From Candidatus Aminicenantes bacterium (GTDB taxonomy: Bacteria > Acidobacteriota > Aminicenantia > Aminicenantales > Aminicenantaceae), in assembly GCA_046538375.1 (NCBI GenBank), contig JBKHJA010000003.1, positions 1 to 54,328 of the forward strand: DNA of 54,328 nt, read 5' to 3'. This document shows positions 35,315-45,984 of this stretch, piece by piece. The position numbers and the translations under genes were made by a program. A model generated the notes under the pieces. That model saw only the letters and a program-made list of their open reading frames with translations, had not been told where the DNA came from and did not search any database. Position 1 is the first letter of the stretch, and every line of letters starts with the position of its first letter.

Positions 35315-36349
35315 ATGGGCGGTCTCAAAGAGAAAATAGAGGAGTACTGGCACGCTTTTGATGAAGATGTGGCTGGAGTGAAGGATGAAAAATCTCTCCA
35401 GGAAATCCGCAATCTCTATTTGAGCCGAAAAAGAGGCTATATCACTCTTCTTTTTGAAGAGCTCAAGTCATTAAAGCCAGAAGATCGTCCCCGGGCCGGC
35501 AAAAGGCTCAATGAATTGAAAGCCCATGTGCAGAAAAGAATTCAGAAACTCGCAGCAGAAATGGCCAGTCCAGAAAAAACCAGGAAGAAAGTGGACCTCA
35601 CCCTCCCTGGAAGAGAGAGATACTGGGGTTCTCCTCATCCCATCATCCTGTTTAAGGAAGAGATCGAAAATATATTTCTGGGGATGGGCTTTTCCATACA
35701 GGAAGGTCCTGAGATTGAGACGGATTATTATAACTTCGAGGCTCTCAATTTCCCTCCTCATCATCCTGCTCGTGATGATTGGGATACTCTTTATGTAAAA
35801 GACGATTTGCTCCTTCGAACTCATACTTCTCCTGTCCAGATACGAATTATGGAGAAACGAAAGCCTCCCATCAGGATCATCATTCCTGGCATAGTCTTCC
35901 GGAAGGAAACGCCGGATCCCACTCACCTTCCCATGTTTTACCAGGTGGAAGGCCTGGTGGTGGACCGGGGTATAACTTTTGCCCATTTGAAAGGGACCTT
36001 GGAATACTTCCTCAAGACTTTGTTCTTTGAGAGAATCAATATCAGATTTCGACCCAGTTTCTTTCCTTTTACCGAACCTTCGGCTGAAGTGGATATTGAG
36101 TGCACTGTGTGCGGCGGGAAAAATGAGAAATGCCGGGTCTGCGGAGGAGGGGGATGGATAGAGATTTTGGGTGCAGGGATGGTGGATCCTCAAGTTTTCA
36201 AGAATGTCAACATTGATCCTGAGAGATATTCAGGCTTTGCTTTCGGTCTGGGAATCGACAGGACGGCTATGTTTGCTTACCAGATTCCAGATATGAGATA
36301 TTTCTATGAGAATGATTTAAGATTCATAAGACAGTTTGCGAGAAAATGA
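35315..36349 (+). CDS. pheS: Phenylalanine--tRNA ligase alpha subunit
   Basis: HPARD, LRTHTSPVQ, FPFTEPSAE, GFAFGLG. Confidence 0.97.
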   Translation: MGGLKEKIEEYWHAFDEDVAGVKDEKSLQEIRNLYLSRKRGYITLLFEELKSLKPEDRPRAGKRLNELKAHVQKRIQKLAAEMASPEKTRKKVDLTLPGRERYWGSPHPIILFKEEIENIFLGMGFSIQEGPEIETDYYNFEALNFPPHHPARDDWDTLYVKDDLLLRTHTSPVQIRIMEKRKPPIRIIIPGIVFRKETPDPTHLPMFYQVEGLVVDRGITFAHLKGTLEYFLKTLFFERINIRFRPSFFPFTEPSAEVDIECTVCGGKNEKCRVCGGGGWIEILGAGMVDPQVFKNVNIDPERYSGFAFGLGIDRTAMFAYQIPDMRYFYENDLRFIRQFARK

Positions 36350-38406
36350 AAATAAGTCTGGATTGGATCAAAGATTATGTCGATGTCCAGGTTCCTCTCC
36401 CTGAGTTGATGGAGAAGCTGAATATGATCGGGATGCTGGTGGAGGATTGGGAGGAAAAACAGGAAGATGTGATTCTTGACATTGAGACCTATGCCAATCG
36501 GCCTGATACCCTTGGACATTTGGGTGTTGCCCGAGAAATAGCAGCGGCTTTGGGCCTCAATCTAAAAAAACAGGAGTGGCCAGTTGCCGAATCGGATAAA
36601 AGGACTTCTGACCTGGTCAGTATTCAAATCAAGGACCGAGATCTTTGCCCTCGTTACTGTGGAATCATGGTCAGGGGTATAAAGGTCAGTCCTTCCCCCC
36701 GGTGGCTGCAGAGCAGGATAGAAGCCATGGGTTTGAAGCCTGTCAATAATGTGGTGGATGTGACCAATTATGTGCTTTTTTCCACCTCTCAGCCTATCCA
36801 TGCCTTTGATTATGACAAAATCGGGGGAAAAAAGATTATCATAAGGAGAGCCCAGAGGGGAGAGATGTTGAAGAGTCTGGAGGAACAAGACATTTCTCTA
36901 TCTGAGGAGATGCTGGTGATTGCTGATGAGGAGAAACCGATGGCCTTGGCCGGCATCATAGGAGGCGGAGCTTCGGCTGTATCAGAGGATACCAGAGATG
37001 TTTTTATAGAAAGTGCCTATTTCAATCCTGTCTCTGTCCGAAAAACGAGCAAAAAAACAGGGGTATCCACAGAGGCGTCTTACCGTTTCGAAAGAGAAGC
37101 TGACATTTCTTTTCCTCCCCAAGCGGCCATAATGGCGGCCTCCCTGTTAACACAAATAGGTGGCAAAGCCACTCAACAGGTGTTGGATGTTTATCCCCGT
37201 CCAAAGAAAGACAAAACAGTGATCCTCCGCAGCCACCGTGTCTCAGAGCTTCTGGGTCTGGAAATCGAGAAAAGCTTCATTCCAAAGATACTTCACCCTC
37301 TTGGTTTCGGAGTTAGAGAGCAGAACAAAGGGATCTGGCAGGTTAAGATTCCCACCTACCGCGTGGATATAGAAAGAGAAGCAGATTTGATCGAAGAAAT
37401 AGCTCGTTTCTACGGTTATGACAAGATCCCCCCCCAAATTCCCCCTCTTCGGAAATTGGAACCCACCTTCAGCCGCCTGAAGAATAAAAAGAATAAACTC
37501 CGCCAGTTGCTTTTCCATCAGGGATTTGATGAATTTATCAATTTCAGTTTTTTTGATCCCCAAAAGAAAACCCTGTTTGAAAATTCTCTTGAACCCATCG
37601 AGATCAGAAATCCAGTCTCATCCAAAGCCTCTCTGATGCGGACAACTCTGCTGGCTGGATTGATGGAGAATGTGGCCTGGAACAAGAACAGGGGAGCCGA
37701 GAGTGTACATGCCTTTGAAATGGGAAATATTTACTTCTGGGATCAGGGAAGACATAAGGAACAGGTTTTCTTAGCCATGGTCAGTACTGGTTATCTTGGT
37801 TATCATCATTGGCAGGGGAAAAGAGAAGAGGCTGATTTTTTCCATCTCAAGGGGACTTGTGAGCTTTTGATGTTTCACCTCAGGTATGTTCCTTTTTCTT
37901 TTCAGGAGAAGGATCACCCCTATTTTCAGCCTGGATACTCTCTCGCCCTGCTGTTCAAGGGGGAAACAGCAGGTCATATAGGATTACTGAACAGAGACAT
38001 TGTTGAGTTTTACTCTCTGAAGGATGATGTGTGGGCCGCAGAGCTGGATCTTGCCATTTTATTCGGAAAGCAGCCTCAGAGTTTTCAGTATATTCCTGTT
38101 GCCAAATATCCGAGTATCACCCGGGATATCTCTTTTCTTGCTGACCGAGATATCTGCTACCAAGATATTTATGATGAGGTGGAGAAGCTTTCTCTTCCTT
38201 TTTTAGAGAAGTTCGAACTCTATGACCTATTTTCTGGGTCATCCGTTCCCAAGGGGAAAGTGAGTCTGTCCCTGCGTTTTATCTTTCGTCATCCTGAGAG
38301 GACTTTGCGAACCGAAGAAGTGGATAAGCCTCAGGAAAAAATCATAAAATTTTTAGGGGATAAGTTTAATTTTCAATTGAGGGAAGGAGGAAAAATTGAC
38401 AACTGA
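36346..38406 (+). CDS. pheT: Phenylalanine--tRNA ligase beta subunit (short form)
   Basis: NRPD, NNVVDVTNYV, ESAYFNP, READLIEEIARFYGYD, FDX-ACB end. Confidence 0.96.
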   Translation: MKISLDWIKDYVDVQVPLPELMEKLNMIGMLVEDWEEKQEDVILDIETYANRPDTLGHLGVAREIAAALGLNLKKQEWPVAESDKRTSDLVSIQIKDRDLCPRYCGIMVRGIKVSPSPRWLQSRIEAMGLKPVNNVVDVTNYVLFSTSQPIHAFDYDKIGGKKIIIRRAQRGEMLKSLEEQDISLSEEMLVIADEEKPMALAGIIGGGASAVSEDTRDVFIESAYFNPVSVRKTSKKTGVSTEASYRFEREADISFPPQAAIMAASLLTQIGGKATQQVLDVYPRPKKDKTVILRSHRVSELLGLEIEKSFIPKILHPLGFGVREQNKGIWQVKIPTYRVDIEREADLIEEIARFYGYDKIPPQIPPLRKLEPTFSRLKNKKNKLRQLLFHQGFDEFINFSFFDPQKKTLFENSLEPIEIRNPVSSKASLMRTTLLAGLMENVAWNKNRGAESVHAFEMGNIYFWDQGRHKEQVFLAMVSTGYLGYHHWQGKREEADFFHLKGTCELLMFHLRYVPFSFQEKDHPYFQPGYSLALLFKGETAGHIGLLNRDIVEFYSLKDDVWAAELDLAILFGKQPQSFQYIPVAKYPSITRDISFLADRDICYQDIYDEVEKLSLPFLEKFELYDLFSGSSVPKGKVSLSLRFIFRHPERTLRTEEVDKPQEKIIKFLGDKFNFQLREGGKIDN

Positions 38407-38659
38407 GTTAGAAAGAATTAAAATTCTGGAAGGGAAGATCACTCAAGTTGTGGATTTTATAAACAAGGTTTTAAGCGAGAACCAGAAGTTAAAGGAACAG
38501 ATGAAGGAATTGAAGGCAGAGAGAAAGAAATTCGAGGGGCAGGCTAAACAGTCTTCAAAGCTTGATGAAAGCTTAAAGAGATACGAAAAAGAAAGAGAAG
38601 TCATAAAAGCGAAGATTGAAGGCATAATCAGCCAGATTGATCAAATCGGAATAATATGA
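38396..38659 (+). CDS. zapB: ZapB-like coiled-coil cell division protein
   Basis: Heptad coiled coil, TTG start after GGAGG, between pheT and zapA. Confidence 0.65.
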   Translation: MTTELERIKILEGKITQVVDFINKVLSENQKLKEQMKELKAERKKFEGQAKQSSKLDESLKRYEKEREVIKAKIEGIISQIDQIGII

Positions 38660-38982
38660 TGGACAGAGTTATGGAAATCGAAATATACGGACAAAAATAC
38701 AGGATTAGAGTCAAAGGAGAAGAGGATGAAAAATACATAAGCCATCTCACTTCGTACGTTGATCAAAAGATGCGTGAGGTCGCCGTAAAATCGAAATCAG
38801 TGGACAGCTTGAAGATAGCCGTACTGGCTGCTTTAAACATCGCCGATGAATATTTTTTGTCACAGAAAAAGTTGGATCAACTCAGCGAAGTGATCGGGCG
38901 TATGGAGAATGAAGTAGAAAGTTTGGAGGTCAGCCTTTTGAAAGATGAGAATACATACAAAAAAATTGAGGGAACATCTTGA
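38656..38982 (+). CDS. zapA: Cell division protein ZapA
   Basis: IEIYGQKY, YVDQKM, AVLAALNIADE. Confidence 0.93.
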   Translation: MMDRVMEIEIYGQKYRIRVKGEEDEKYISHLTSYVDQKMREVAVKSKSVDSLKIAVLAALNIADEYFLSQKKLDQLSEVIGRMENEVESLEVSLLKDENTYKKIEGTS

Positions 38983-38984
38983 AA

Positions 38985-39160
38985 TAAACAAGATTATAAA
39001 TGGGATGAAGGGGAATCAAAGTATTTGTCAGCAAACAGAGAAAAGGCCCATTTGCAAACTCAACAGCTCTGAGCGTACTTCCAGTGAAATTTTGTGTAGG
39101 AAGTGATGTAAGTCATTTTTTAAGGCCCTCCTGCTTTCCTCTCCTTTGACACACCTGATA
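38985..39160 (+). ncRNA. Possible 6S RNA or structured rny leader
   Basis: About 180-nt gap at the usual zapA-6S-rny position, with local hairpins; no recognisable 6S consensus. Confidence 0.3.
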
Positions 39161-39174
39161 AGGAGGTGGTCAAA

Positions 39175-40737
39175 GTGAATACAGCAATTTTGATTGGTCT
39201 TGCCTCAGCCGTTTTATTGGCGGGGTTCGCTGTTTTTATACTGATCAAGAAGGCCTCTGGAACTCGTTCCCTTTTTAGGGCTCAGCAGGAGGCCAGGGAG
39301 ATTTTGGATAGGGCCAGGCAGGATGCCGAAAAAATAAAGCGGGAGGCCTCCATTGAAGCAAAAGAAAAACATATCAATCTTAAGGCCGAATTCGAGAGGC
39401 AGACTCGGGACAGGCGGCGCAAACTCAGCCAGATGGAGAGAAGAATGGTCCATAAAGAAGAAAATCTGGAGCACAAGTTCCAGGCCCTGGAGAGAAAAGA
39501 ACGGGATTTTTCAGCAAAAGAGCGGAGGCTGTATGACAGAGAAAAAGAGATCAGCAATAAAGAGAAAAAACACCATGAACTGATCCAGAAGGCAGTGGAG
39601 GAGCTGGAGAGAATTTCATGTATGACTGGAGAGGAAGCCAGGAACATGCTGGCCAAAAGGATGGAAGACGAAGCCAAAAACCAGGCTGCCCAAGCCATTC
39701 GCCGCCTGGAAGAAGAGACAAAGGAGAAAAGCAACGCTCTTGCCCGTCAGATCCTCAGCCAGGCCATCCAGAGATCAGCCGCTGAACATGTGGTGGAGAC
39801 AACAGTGTCTGTGGTTGATCTCCCTTCCGATGACATGAAAGGCCGAATCATCGGCAGGGAGGGACGAAACATTCGTGCCCTGGAGATGGCTACAGGTGTA
39901 GATATCATCGTTGATGATACACCGGAAGCTGTTATTCTTTCCAGCTTTGATCCTCTGCGCCGGGAGATGGCCCGCTTAGCCATTGAAAAGCTGGTCATCG
40001 ACGGGAGGATTCATCCAGCCCGGATTGAAGAAGTGGTGGAATCGATCAAACAAGAACTGGAGGAGAAGATCAAACAGGAAGGAGAGTCGCTGGTTCTCGA
40101 ACTCAGACTTCAAGACATTCATCCTGAACTGATCAAACTCCTGGGGAAATTGAGATACCGGACAAGTTACGGCCAGAATGTCTTCCAGCATGCCAAGGAG
40201 GTTTCCTATTTGGCTGCGCTTATGGCCAGAGAACTGGGGGCTAAAGTGGATGTGGCTATGAGGGCAGGACTTCTTCATGATATAGGCAAAGCAGTGGATA
40301 AAGAGGTAGAGGGGACTCATACGGAATTGAGTGTGGAACTGACTAAAAAATACGGAGAGTCTGAGGAAGTCATCCAAGCCATTGCCTCTCACCATCATGA
40401 TGTTGATTTTCCTTCTGTAGAGGCGGTGTTGGTTCAGGCTGCCGATACTCTTTCCGCTGCCCGGCCGGGCGCTCGACGTGAGCTTCTGGAGACTTATATC
40501 AAGAGATTGGAAAAGCTGGAAGAAATAGCCAATTCCTATGAAGGAGTGGCCAAGGCCTACGCTCTTCAGGCCGGAAGGGAGATCAGGATTATCGTGGAGA
40601 GCCAGAAGATTTCGGATGAGAAGGCTGTGGTGGCTTCTAAAGAGATCGCCCAAAAAATAAAGGAAGAGCTCGATTATCCGGGACAGATAAAAGTGACTGT
40701 GATCAGGGAAATGAGGGCTGTGGAATATGCCCGATAA
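39175..40737 (+). CDS. rny: Ribonuclease Y
   Basis: N-terminal TM, coiled coil, KH ([13 protein letters not shown]), HD (LLHDIGK), ARPGAR; GTG 39175 fits the AGGAGG SD. Confidence 0.97.
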   Translation: MNTAILIGLASAVLLAGFAVFILIKKASGTRSLFRAQQEAREILDRARQDAEKIKREASIEAKEKHINLKAEFERQTRDRRRKLSQMERRMVHKEENLEHKFQALERKERDFSAKERRLYDREKEISNKEKKHHELIQKAVEELERISCMTGEEARNMLAKRMEDEAKNQAAQAIRRLEEETKEKSNALARQILSQAIQRSAAEHVVETTVSVVDLPSDDMKGRIIGREGRNIRALEMATGVDIIVDDTPEAVILSSFDPLRREMARLAIEKLVIDGRIHPARIEEVVESIKQELEEKIKQEGESLVLELRLQDIHPELIKLLGKLRYRTSYGQNVFQHAKEVSYLAALMARELGAKVDVAMRAGLLHDIGKAVDKEVEGTHTELSVELTKKYGESEEVIQAIASHHHDVDFPSVEAVLVQAADTLSAARPGARRELLETYIKRLEKLEEIANSYEGVAKAYALQAGREIRIIVESQKISDEKAVVASKEIAQKIKEELDYPGQIKVTVIREMRAVEYAR

Positions 40738-41533
40738 GATAGGAGTTCTTTTCCTAGGGGATATTATCGGCCGGCCGGGGCGAAGAGCCTTAAGAGAATA
40801 TCTTCCTGAAATTCAGCAGAAATACACGCCTTCCCTCATTATCGCCAACGCGGAGAATGCGGCTGGAGGCATCGGTATCACCAGAAAGGTCTGCCAGGAG
40901 CTTCTGACCCAAGTTCATGTGCTGACTTCTGGAAATCACATCTGGGATAAAAAAGAAGGCGTGGCTCATCTGGATGAAGAGCCCCGGCTTCTGCGGCCAG
41001 CCAATTATCCTCCTGAGAACCCTGGCAGGGGGCGTTATATCTTCCAGGATGGGGAAGGGAGGAAAGTGGGCATCTTGAATCTTCAAGGGAGAGTGTTTAT
41101 GGAACCCATTGACTGCCCGTTCAGGATAGCTGATCAGGAATTGGAGAGGCTCATGGCATCCACTTCTGTGGTGGTGGTCGATTTCCATGCTGAAGCCACT
41201 TCCGAAAAGCAAGCTATGGGGTGGTATCTTGACGGCCGGGTTTCAGCGGTGGTGGGGACTCATACCCATGTGCCCACCGCTGATGAAAGGATTCTTCCTC
41301 AGGGAACAGCCTTTATCACTGATGTGGGCATGGTAGGGGGGTATCATTCGGTGATAGGCATAAAAAAGGACCAGGCCATCAAGAGATTCCTCACAGCCAG
41401 GCCCCATCGTTTTGAGCCGGGCAAAAAAGGCACTTTTTTTTCAGCAGCAGTGGTGGAGGTGGATGCAGACAGCGGAAAAGCTCTCTCCATACGCAAAGAA
41501 ATCATAACAGGAGCCGAAATTGGGAAACCGTAG
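40727..41533 (+). CDS. ymdB: YmdB/TIGR00282 metallophosphoesterase
   Basis: [35 protein letters not shown]. Confidence 0.94.
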   Translation: MPDKIGVLFLGDIIGRPGRRALREYLPEIQQKYTPSLIIANAENAAGGIGITRKVCQELLTQVHVLTSGNHIWDKKEGVAHLDEEPRLLRPANYPPENPGRGRYIFQDGEGRKVGILNLQGRVFMEPIDCPFRIADQELERLMASTSVVVVDFHAEATSEKQAMGWYLDGRVSAVVGTHTHVPTADERILPQGTAFITDVGMVGGYHSVIGIKKDQAIKRFLTARPHRFEPGKKGTFFSAAVVEVDADSGKALSIRKEIITGAEIGKP

Positions 41534-42854
41534 TCCTGCCAAACCGGATAAAATATATACTGTATCTGAGATCACTCGACTGATCAAAATGGAATTGGAG
41601 TCGGCTTTCCCTGTGGTTTGGGTGGGAGGAGAGATTTCCAATTTTCATGCTCATCATTCCGGTCATCTCTATTTCACTTTAAGGGACCAGATGAGTCAGC
41701 TTCGAGCTGTCATGTTCCGTTCCCAGGCCCAACAGGTTCCCTTTGAGGTAAAGGATGGCCTGGCGGTGATTTGCCAGGGAAGGATCAATGTCTATGAACC
41801 AAGGGGAGAATACCAGCTTATCGCAGAGGTGATGGAGCCTAAAGGCAAAGGGGCTCTTCAGCTGGCTTTTGAGCAGCTCAAGGAGAAATTGAAAAAAGAA
41901 GGGCTTTTCGATGCAGGTATAAAGAAAAAACTGCCCCTCTTTCCAAAAAAAGTGGGGATTGTCACCTCCCCTCGGGGGGCAGCTATCGTGGATATTCTCA
42001 GGACCCTGGAACGGAGATTTGCCCGGCTTCATCTGCTGATTTATCCGGTCAGAGTCCAGGGAGAAGGGGCAGCAGAGGAGATTGTGGAAGGAATAGAATA
42101 TTTGGGGAAGCTCCCCCATATTGATGTCATCATTATCGGGCGGGGGGGAGGTTCTATAGAAGATTTATGGGCTTTTAACGAGGAGAAAGTGGCCCGAGCT
42201 GTGTTCCGCTGTCCCATACCCGTTATTTCTGCGGTAGGACATGAGATTGACTTCACCATTTCCGATTTTGCGGCGGATATCCGGGCCTCCACCCCTTCTG
42301 CGGCAGCGGAGATGGTGGTGGAGAAGGAACAAGCGTTTGTGGAGAGAATAGAGAATCTGGAAAGAAGACTGATTCATCATCAGAAGTATTTCCTGCAGGG
42401 AGAGACCCACAGGGTTTTCAGTCTCATTCATCACCGGGCTTTCCAAAATTTTAAGGTTAAACTCCTCAATCTTCACCAGAAAGTGGATGATCTGGAAACC
42501 AGAGCCTGGGACACCATGAAAGCAAAACAGCAGATGATAGCGGAGAGTCAATCTCAGGTTATTCTTTTAGAAGAAAAGATGAGCGGGGCCTTTAAGGCAA
42601 AGCTCCAAAATTTATCAGGCCTGTGGGAGAGATTTTCTGCCCAGTTGCATGCCTTCAGCCCTCTGAATATACTGAAAAAAGGGTACACCATTTGCTGGCA
42701 GGATGACGGGTCCCGTCTTGTTCAGAATGTAGAGCAGGTGAAAGAGAAGGAAAAATTGACAGTTTCTTTTTATAAAGGAGAATTGACCTGTCTGATCAAG
42801 GGTATCGACCCAGCCAGGCCCATCCAGTCACGCCTGGCAAAGGAGAAAAAATGA
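41520..42854 (+). CDS. xseA: Exodeoxyribonuclease VII large subunit
   Basis: GEISNF..SGHLYFTL, RGGGSIEDLWAFN, SAVGHEID, TPSAAAE. Confidence 0.96.
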   Translation: MGNRSPAKPDKIYTVSEITRLIKMELESAFPVVWVGGEISNFHAHHSGHLYFTLRDQMSQLRAVMFRSQAQQVPFEVKDGLAVICQGRINVYEPRGEYQLIAEVMEPKGKGALQLAFEQLKEKLKKEGLFDAGIKKKLPLFPKKVGIVTSPRGAAIVDILRTLERRFARLHLLIYPVRVQGEGAAEEIVEGIEYLGKLPHIDVIIIGRGGGSIEDLWAFNEEKVARAVFRCPIPVISAVGHEIDFTISDFAADIRASTPSAAAEMVVEKEQAFVERIENLERRLIHHQKYFLQGETHRVFSLIHHRAFQNFKVKLLNLHQKVDDLETRAWDTMKAKQQMIAESQSQVILLEEKMSGAFKAKLQNLSGLWERFSAQLHAFSPLNILKKGYTICWQDDGSRLVQNVEQVKEKEKLTVSFYKGELTCLIKGIDPARPIQSRLAKEKK

Positions 42855-43144
42855 GTGAGCTTAGTTTTGAAAAAGCCTTGGAAGAGTTGGAGAGAATCGT
42901 AGAAAAATTGGAAAAGGGAGGTCTTTCCCTGGATCAATCTTTGTCTCTGTTTGAGAAAGGAGTGAAGCTGGCTAGATTCCTGAGAACAGAGTTAGAAAAA
43001 GCTGAGAAGAAAGTAGAGATTCTGCTCAAGGATGAAAAAGGAGAGGTCAAGGAAAAGCCGTTCAAGCTGGAGGCTGAAGAGGAGACCGAACCGGAGAAGG
43101 AAGGGGAAACAGATTCAGGCGGGGATGAAAATCTGCCTTTTTAG
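42851..43144 (+). CDS. xseB: Exodeoxyribonuclease VII small subunit
   Basis: SFEKALEELERIVEKLE...FEKG. Confidence 0.95.
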   Translation: MSELSFEKALEELERIVEKLEKGGLSLDQSLSLFEKGVKLARFLRTELEKAEKKVEILLKDEKGEVKEKPFKLEAEEETEPEKEGETDSGGDENLPF

Positions 43145-43154
43145 CCAAATTTTC

Positions 43155-44003
43155 ATGAAAATTGAAGAAAAAATTTCGCGCCAAAAAGAGGCCATCGACC
43201 AGCAGTTGAAACTCATCCTCTCTGGGAAAGAATCGCTCCTTTTTCAGGCCATGAGGCATACGGTTTTTTCCGGCGGGAAGAGATTCAGGCCTCTGCTGGT
43301 TCTTGCTTCTGGAGAATGCTTTGGGGTCAAACAGCAGACATTGCTTCCTTTTGCCTGTGCTCTGGAGCTTATCCATAATTATTCTCTTATCCATGATGAC
43401 CTGCCTTCCATGGATGATGATGATTGGCGCCGGGGCCAGCCCTCCTGTCATAAAGCTTACGGAGAGGACATGGCTCTGCTGGCTGGGGATAGTCTGTTAA
43501 CCCTGGCTTTTGAAGTGATGAGTCAAGCCCCGCTGGAGGAGGGACTGAAGCCTGCCAGAGAGAAGATTATCCGGGAGATAAGTCAGCGGGCAGGGATGGA
43601 AGGGATGATCGGAGGGCAGTTTATGGATATCACTCTCCATCCGGAGAAAATGACAGAAGAGGACTACTACCAGCTCATCTTTAAAAAGACCGGGTCTCTC
43701 ATTCTCGCTTCCTTAAAAACAGGCGCTATCCTGGGCGGTGCTTCTTCTTCTCAGATGAATGCTCTGGAGGAGTACGGAAGATATATGGGTTTCGCTTTTC
43801 AGCTCCGGGATGACATTATCGATTCCCTGAAGGAAGAAAAATCTGTAAAGCCCCCCCGTCCGAATGCGGTCACCCTGTTTGGCCTGGAAGAAGCCAAGCG
43901 GAAATTGAACACTTTTGTGGCTGAGGCGCGAGGGGTGCTGGAAAGGGCTGGTTTGGATTCCGACGAACTGTGCCATTTGACTTCAATGCTGGTTGAGACT
44001 TAA
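43155..44003 (+). CDS. ispA: Polyprenyl (farnesyl/geranylgeranyl) diphosphate synthase
   Basis: GGKRFRP, SLIHDDLPSMDDDDWRRGQP, KTG, FQLRDDIID; start set to ATG 43155. Confidence 0.92.
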   Translation: MKIEEKISRQKEAIDQQLKLILSGKESLLFQAMRHTVFSGGKRFRPLLVLASGECFGVKQQTLLPFACALELIHNYSLIHDDLPSMDDDDWRRGQPSCHKAYGEDMALLAGDSLLTLAFEVMSQAPLEEGLKPAREKIIREISQRAGMEGMIGGQFMDITLHPEKMTEEDYYQLIFKKTGSLILASLKTGAILGGASSSQMNALEEYGRYMGFAFQLRDDIIDSLKEEKSVKPPRPNAVTLFGLEEAKRKLNTFVAEARGVLERAGLDSDELCHLTSMLVET

Positions 44004-44017
44004 ATTAATAAAAGACC

Positions 44018-45898
44018 ATGAGCAAAATTTTGGATAAAATTGAAAATCCTCAACACCTAAAATCCCTTCCTGTCAAGGATCTTTCCCGCTTAGCCAGGGA
44101 AATCAGAGCCTTCATCCTGGAAGTGGTGTCCAAAAATGGAGGCCACCTCTCTCCCAATTTAGGGGTAGTGGAGCTCACCCTGGCTCTCCACTATGTGTTT
44201 GATGCACCCCGGGATAAGATCATATGGGATGTGGGGCATCAGTGTTACACCCATAAGATACTCACCGGAAGAAAAAACAAATTTGTCTCCCTTCGTCAGT
44301 ATGAAGGACTTTCCGGGTTTCCTTCCCGTGAGGAAAGCGAGTATGACGTGTATAATACGGGGCATGCTTCCACCGCCCTTTCTGCTGCTTTAGGTATGAG
44401 TGTGGCTCGTCAGAAAAACAAACAAAATCACCATGTGATTGCAGTGGTGGGAGACGGCAGTTTAACCGGAGGCATGGCTTGGGAGGCCTTGAACCAGATT
44501 GGCCATCTCCGGGAGAAGCTGATCATTGTTCTCAATTACAATGAGATGTCCATCTCCCAGAATGTGGGCGCTCTATCCAAATATCTTTCCTACATCGTAT
44601 CCGGGCAGCATTATCTGAGGATGAAGGATCATGCCAAGGCCGTACTTAGAGCCATTCCTGCAGTGGGGGTGCCTATGATCAAGGTAGCCCGGGCGGTAGA
44701 AGAAGCTATCAAGAAAACATTTTTTCCTGGATTGGTGTTTGAAGAGCTGGGCATAAAATATATCGGCCCTGTTCAGGGACACAGCCTTTCCTCCTTGATC
44801 GAGGTGTTCGAGGAGGCCAAAACATCACCTGGGCCGGTTCTCATCCATTGTGTCACTCAGAAAGGAAGAGGATACCTTCCTGCCCAAAAAAATCCTTCTC
44901 TGTATCACAGCATCTCTCCTTTTGACCTTAAAACAGGGCAGGTCATATCTGAGGATCACAGGCCCACCTATTCTTCTGTTTTTGGTCAGACAGTGGCGGA
45001 GTTGGCCAGGAAGGATAAAAAGGTGGTGGCCATAACAGCAGCCATGCCGGAGGGGACAGGTTTGAGGTCATTTGCCAAGGAGTTCCCGGATAGATTTTTT
45101 GATGTGGGCATTGCTGAGCAGCATGCTGTTGACTTTGCCACCGGATTGGCCCTCAGCGGTTTTAAACCGGTGGTAGCCATCTACTCTACCTTTCTTCAGA
45201 GAGCTTATGACCAGCTCTACCATGATGTGTGCCTGATGGATATACCCATTGTCTTTGTTCTCGACCGTTCCGGGATTGTTCCTGATGATGGACCTACCCA
45301 TCAAGGTGTAAACGATATCATCTACCTCAGACATATGCCTCGTATGATTATTATGGCTCCCAAGGACGAGAACGAACTGCAGCTTATGGTCAGATCCGCC
45401 TTTTCTTTTTCTCATCCGGTGGCTGTTCGATTTCCTAAAGGCAAGGGCTTTGGTGTTCCTTTGGAGAAGAATTTTAAGCCCATCCCTCTGGCTCAGAGTG
45501 AACTGCTTAGAGAGGGCCATGATCTGCTCATCGCTTTGGGAAGCATGGTGCATCCCTGCCTGGAAGCCGCCCGGAGGCTGGAAAAAGAAGGGATAAGTAT
45601 GGCGGTGGTCAACGCCAGGTTTGCTAAGCCTTTGGATGAGCAGATGATTCTTGGTTATGCTGAACCTGGAAAGGTGATAGTCACAGTTGAGGAAGGAGTG
45701 ATGGAAGGGGGTTTTGGAAGTGCTGTACGAGAGCTTCTGGACAGAGAAAAAAGGTTCAGTGTGAAGTTTAAAAGGATAGGTCTTCCTTCAGAGGTTTATC
45801 CCTTAGGCAAAGTCAGCAGGATCAAGAATAAATACCTTTTAGACCAGGAAGGAATTTTCCGTCAAATCCAAGATTTTTATAAGCAAGACAGGAAGTGA
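44018..45898 (+). CDS. dxs: 1-deoxy-D-xylulose-5-phosphate synthase
   Basis: GGHL, WDVGHQ, GDGSLTGG, GIAEQHAV, DGPTHQG. Confidence 0.97.
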   Translation: MSKILDKIENPQHLKSLPVKDLSRLAREIRAFILEVVSKNGGHLSPNLGVVELTLALHYVFDAPRDKIIWDVGHQCYTHKILTGRKNKFVSLRQYEGLSGFPSREESEYDVYNTGHASTALSAALGMSVARQKNKQNHHVIAVVGDGSLTGGMAWEALNQIGHLREKLIIVLNYNEMSISQNVGALSKYLSYIVSGQHYLRMKDHAKAVLRAIPAVGVPMIKVARAVEEAIKKTFFPGLVFEELGIKYIGPVQGHSLSSLIEVFEEAKTSPGPVLIHCVTQKGRGYLPAQKNPSLYHSISPFDLKTGQVISEDHRPTYSSVFGQTVAELARKDKKVVAITAAMPEGTGLRSFAKEFPDRFFDVGIAEQHAVDFATGLALSGFKPVVAIYSTFLQRAYDQLYHDVCLMDIPIVFVLDRSGIVPDDGPTHQGVNDIIYLRHMPRMIIMAPKDENELQLMVRSAFSFSHPVAVRFPKGKGFGVPLEKNFKPIPLAQSELLREGHDLLIALGSMVHPCLEAARRLEKEGISMAVVNARFAKPLDEQMILGYAEPGKVIVTVEEGVMEGGFGSAVRELLDREKRFSVKFKRIGLPSEVYPLGKVSRIKNKYLLDQEGIFRQIQDFYKQDRK

Positions 45899-45984
45899 TA
45901 CAGGCTTTAAGCCAGACAGGCTGCATTCCCATCCACCTGATAGATAGAAGGTAAATAATAACCAAGATGAGGGAATGATTCCCG

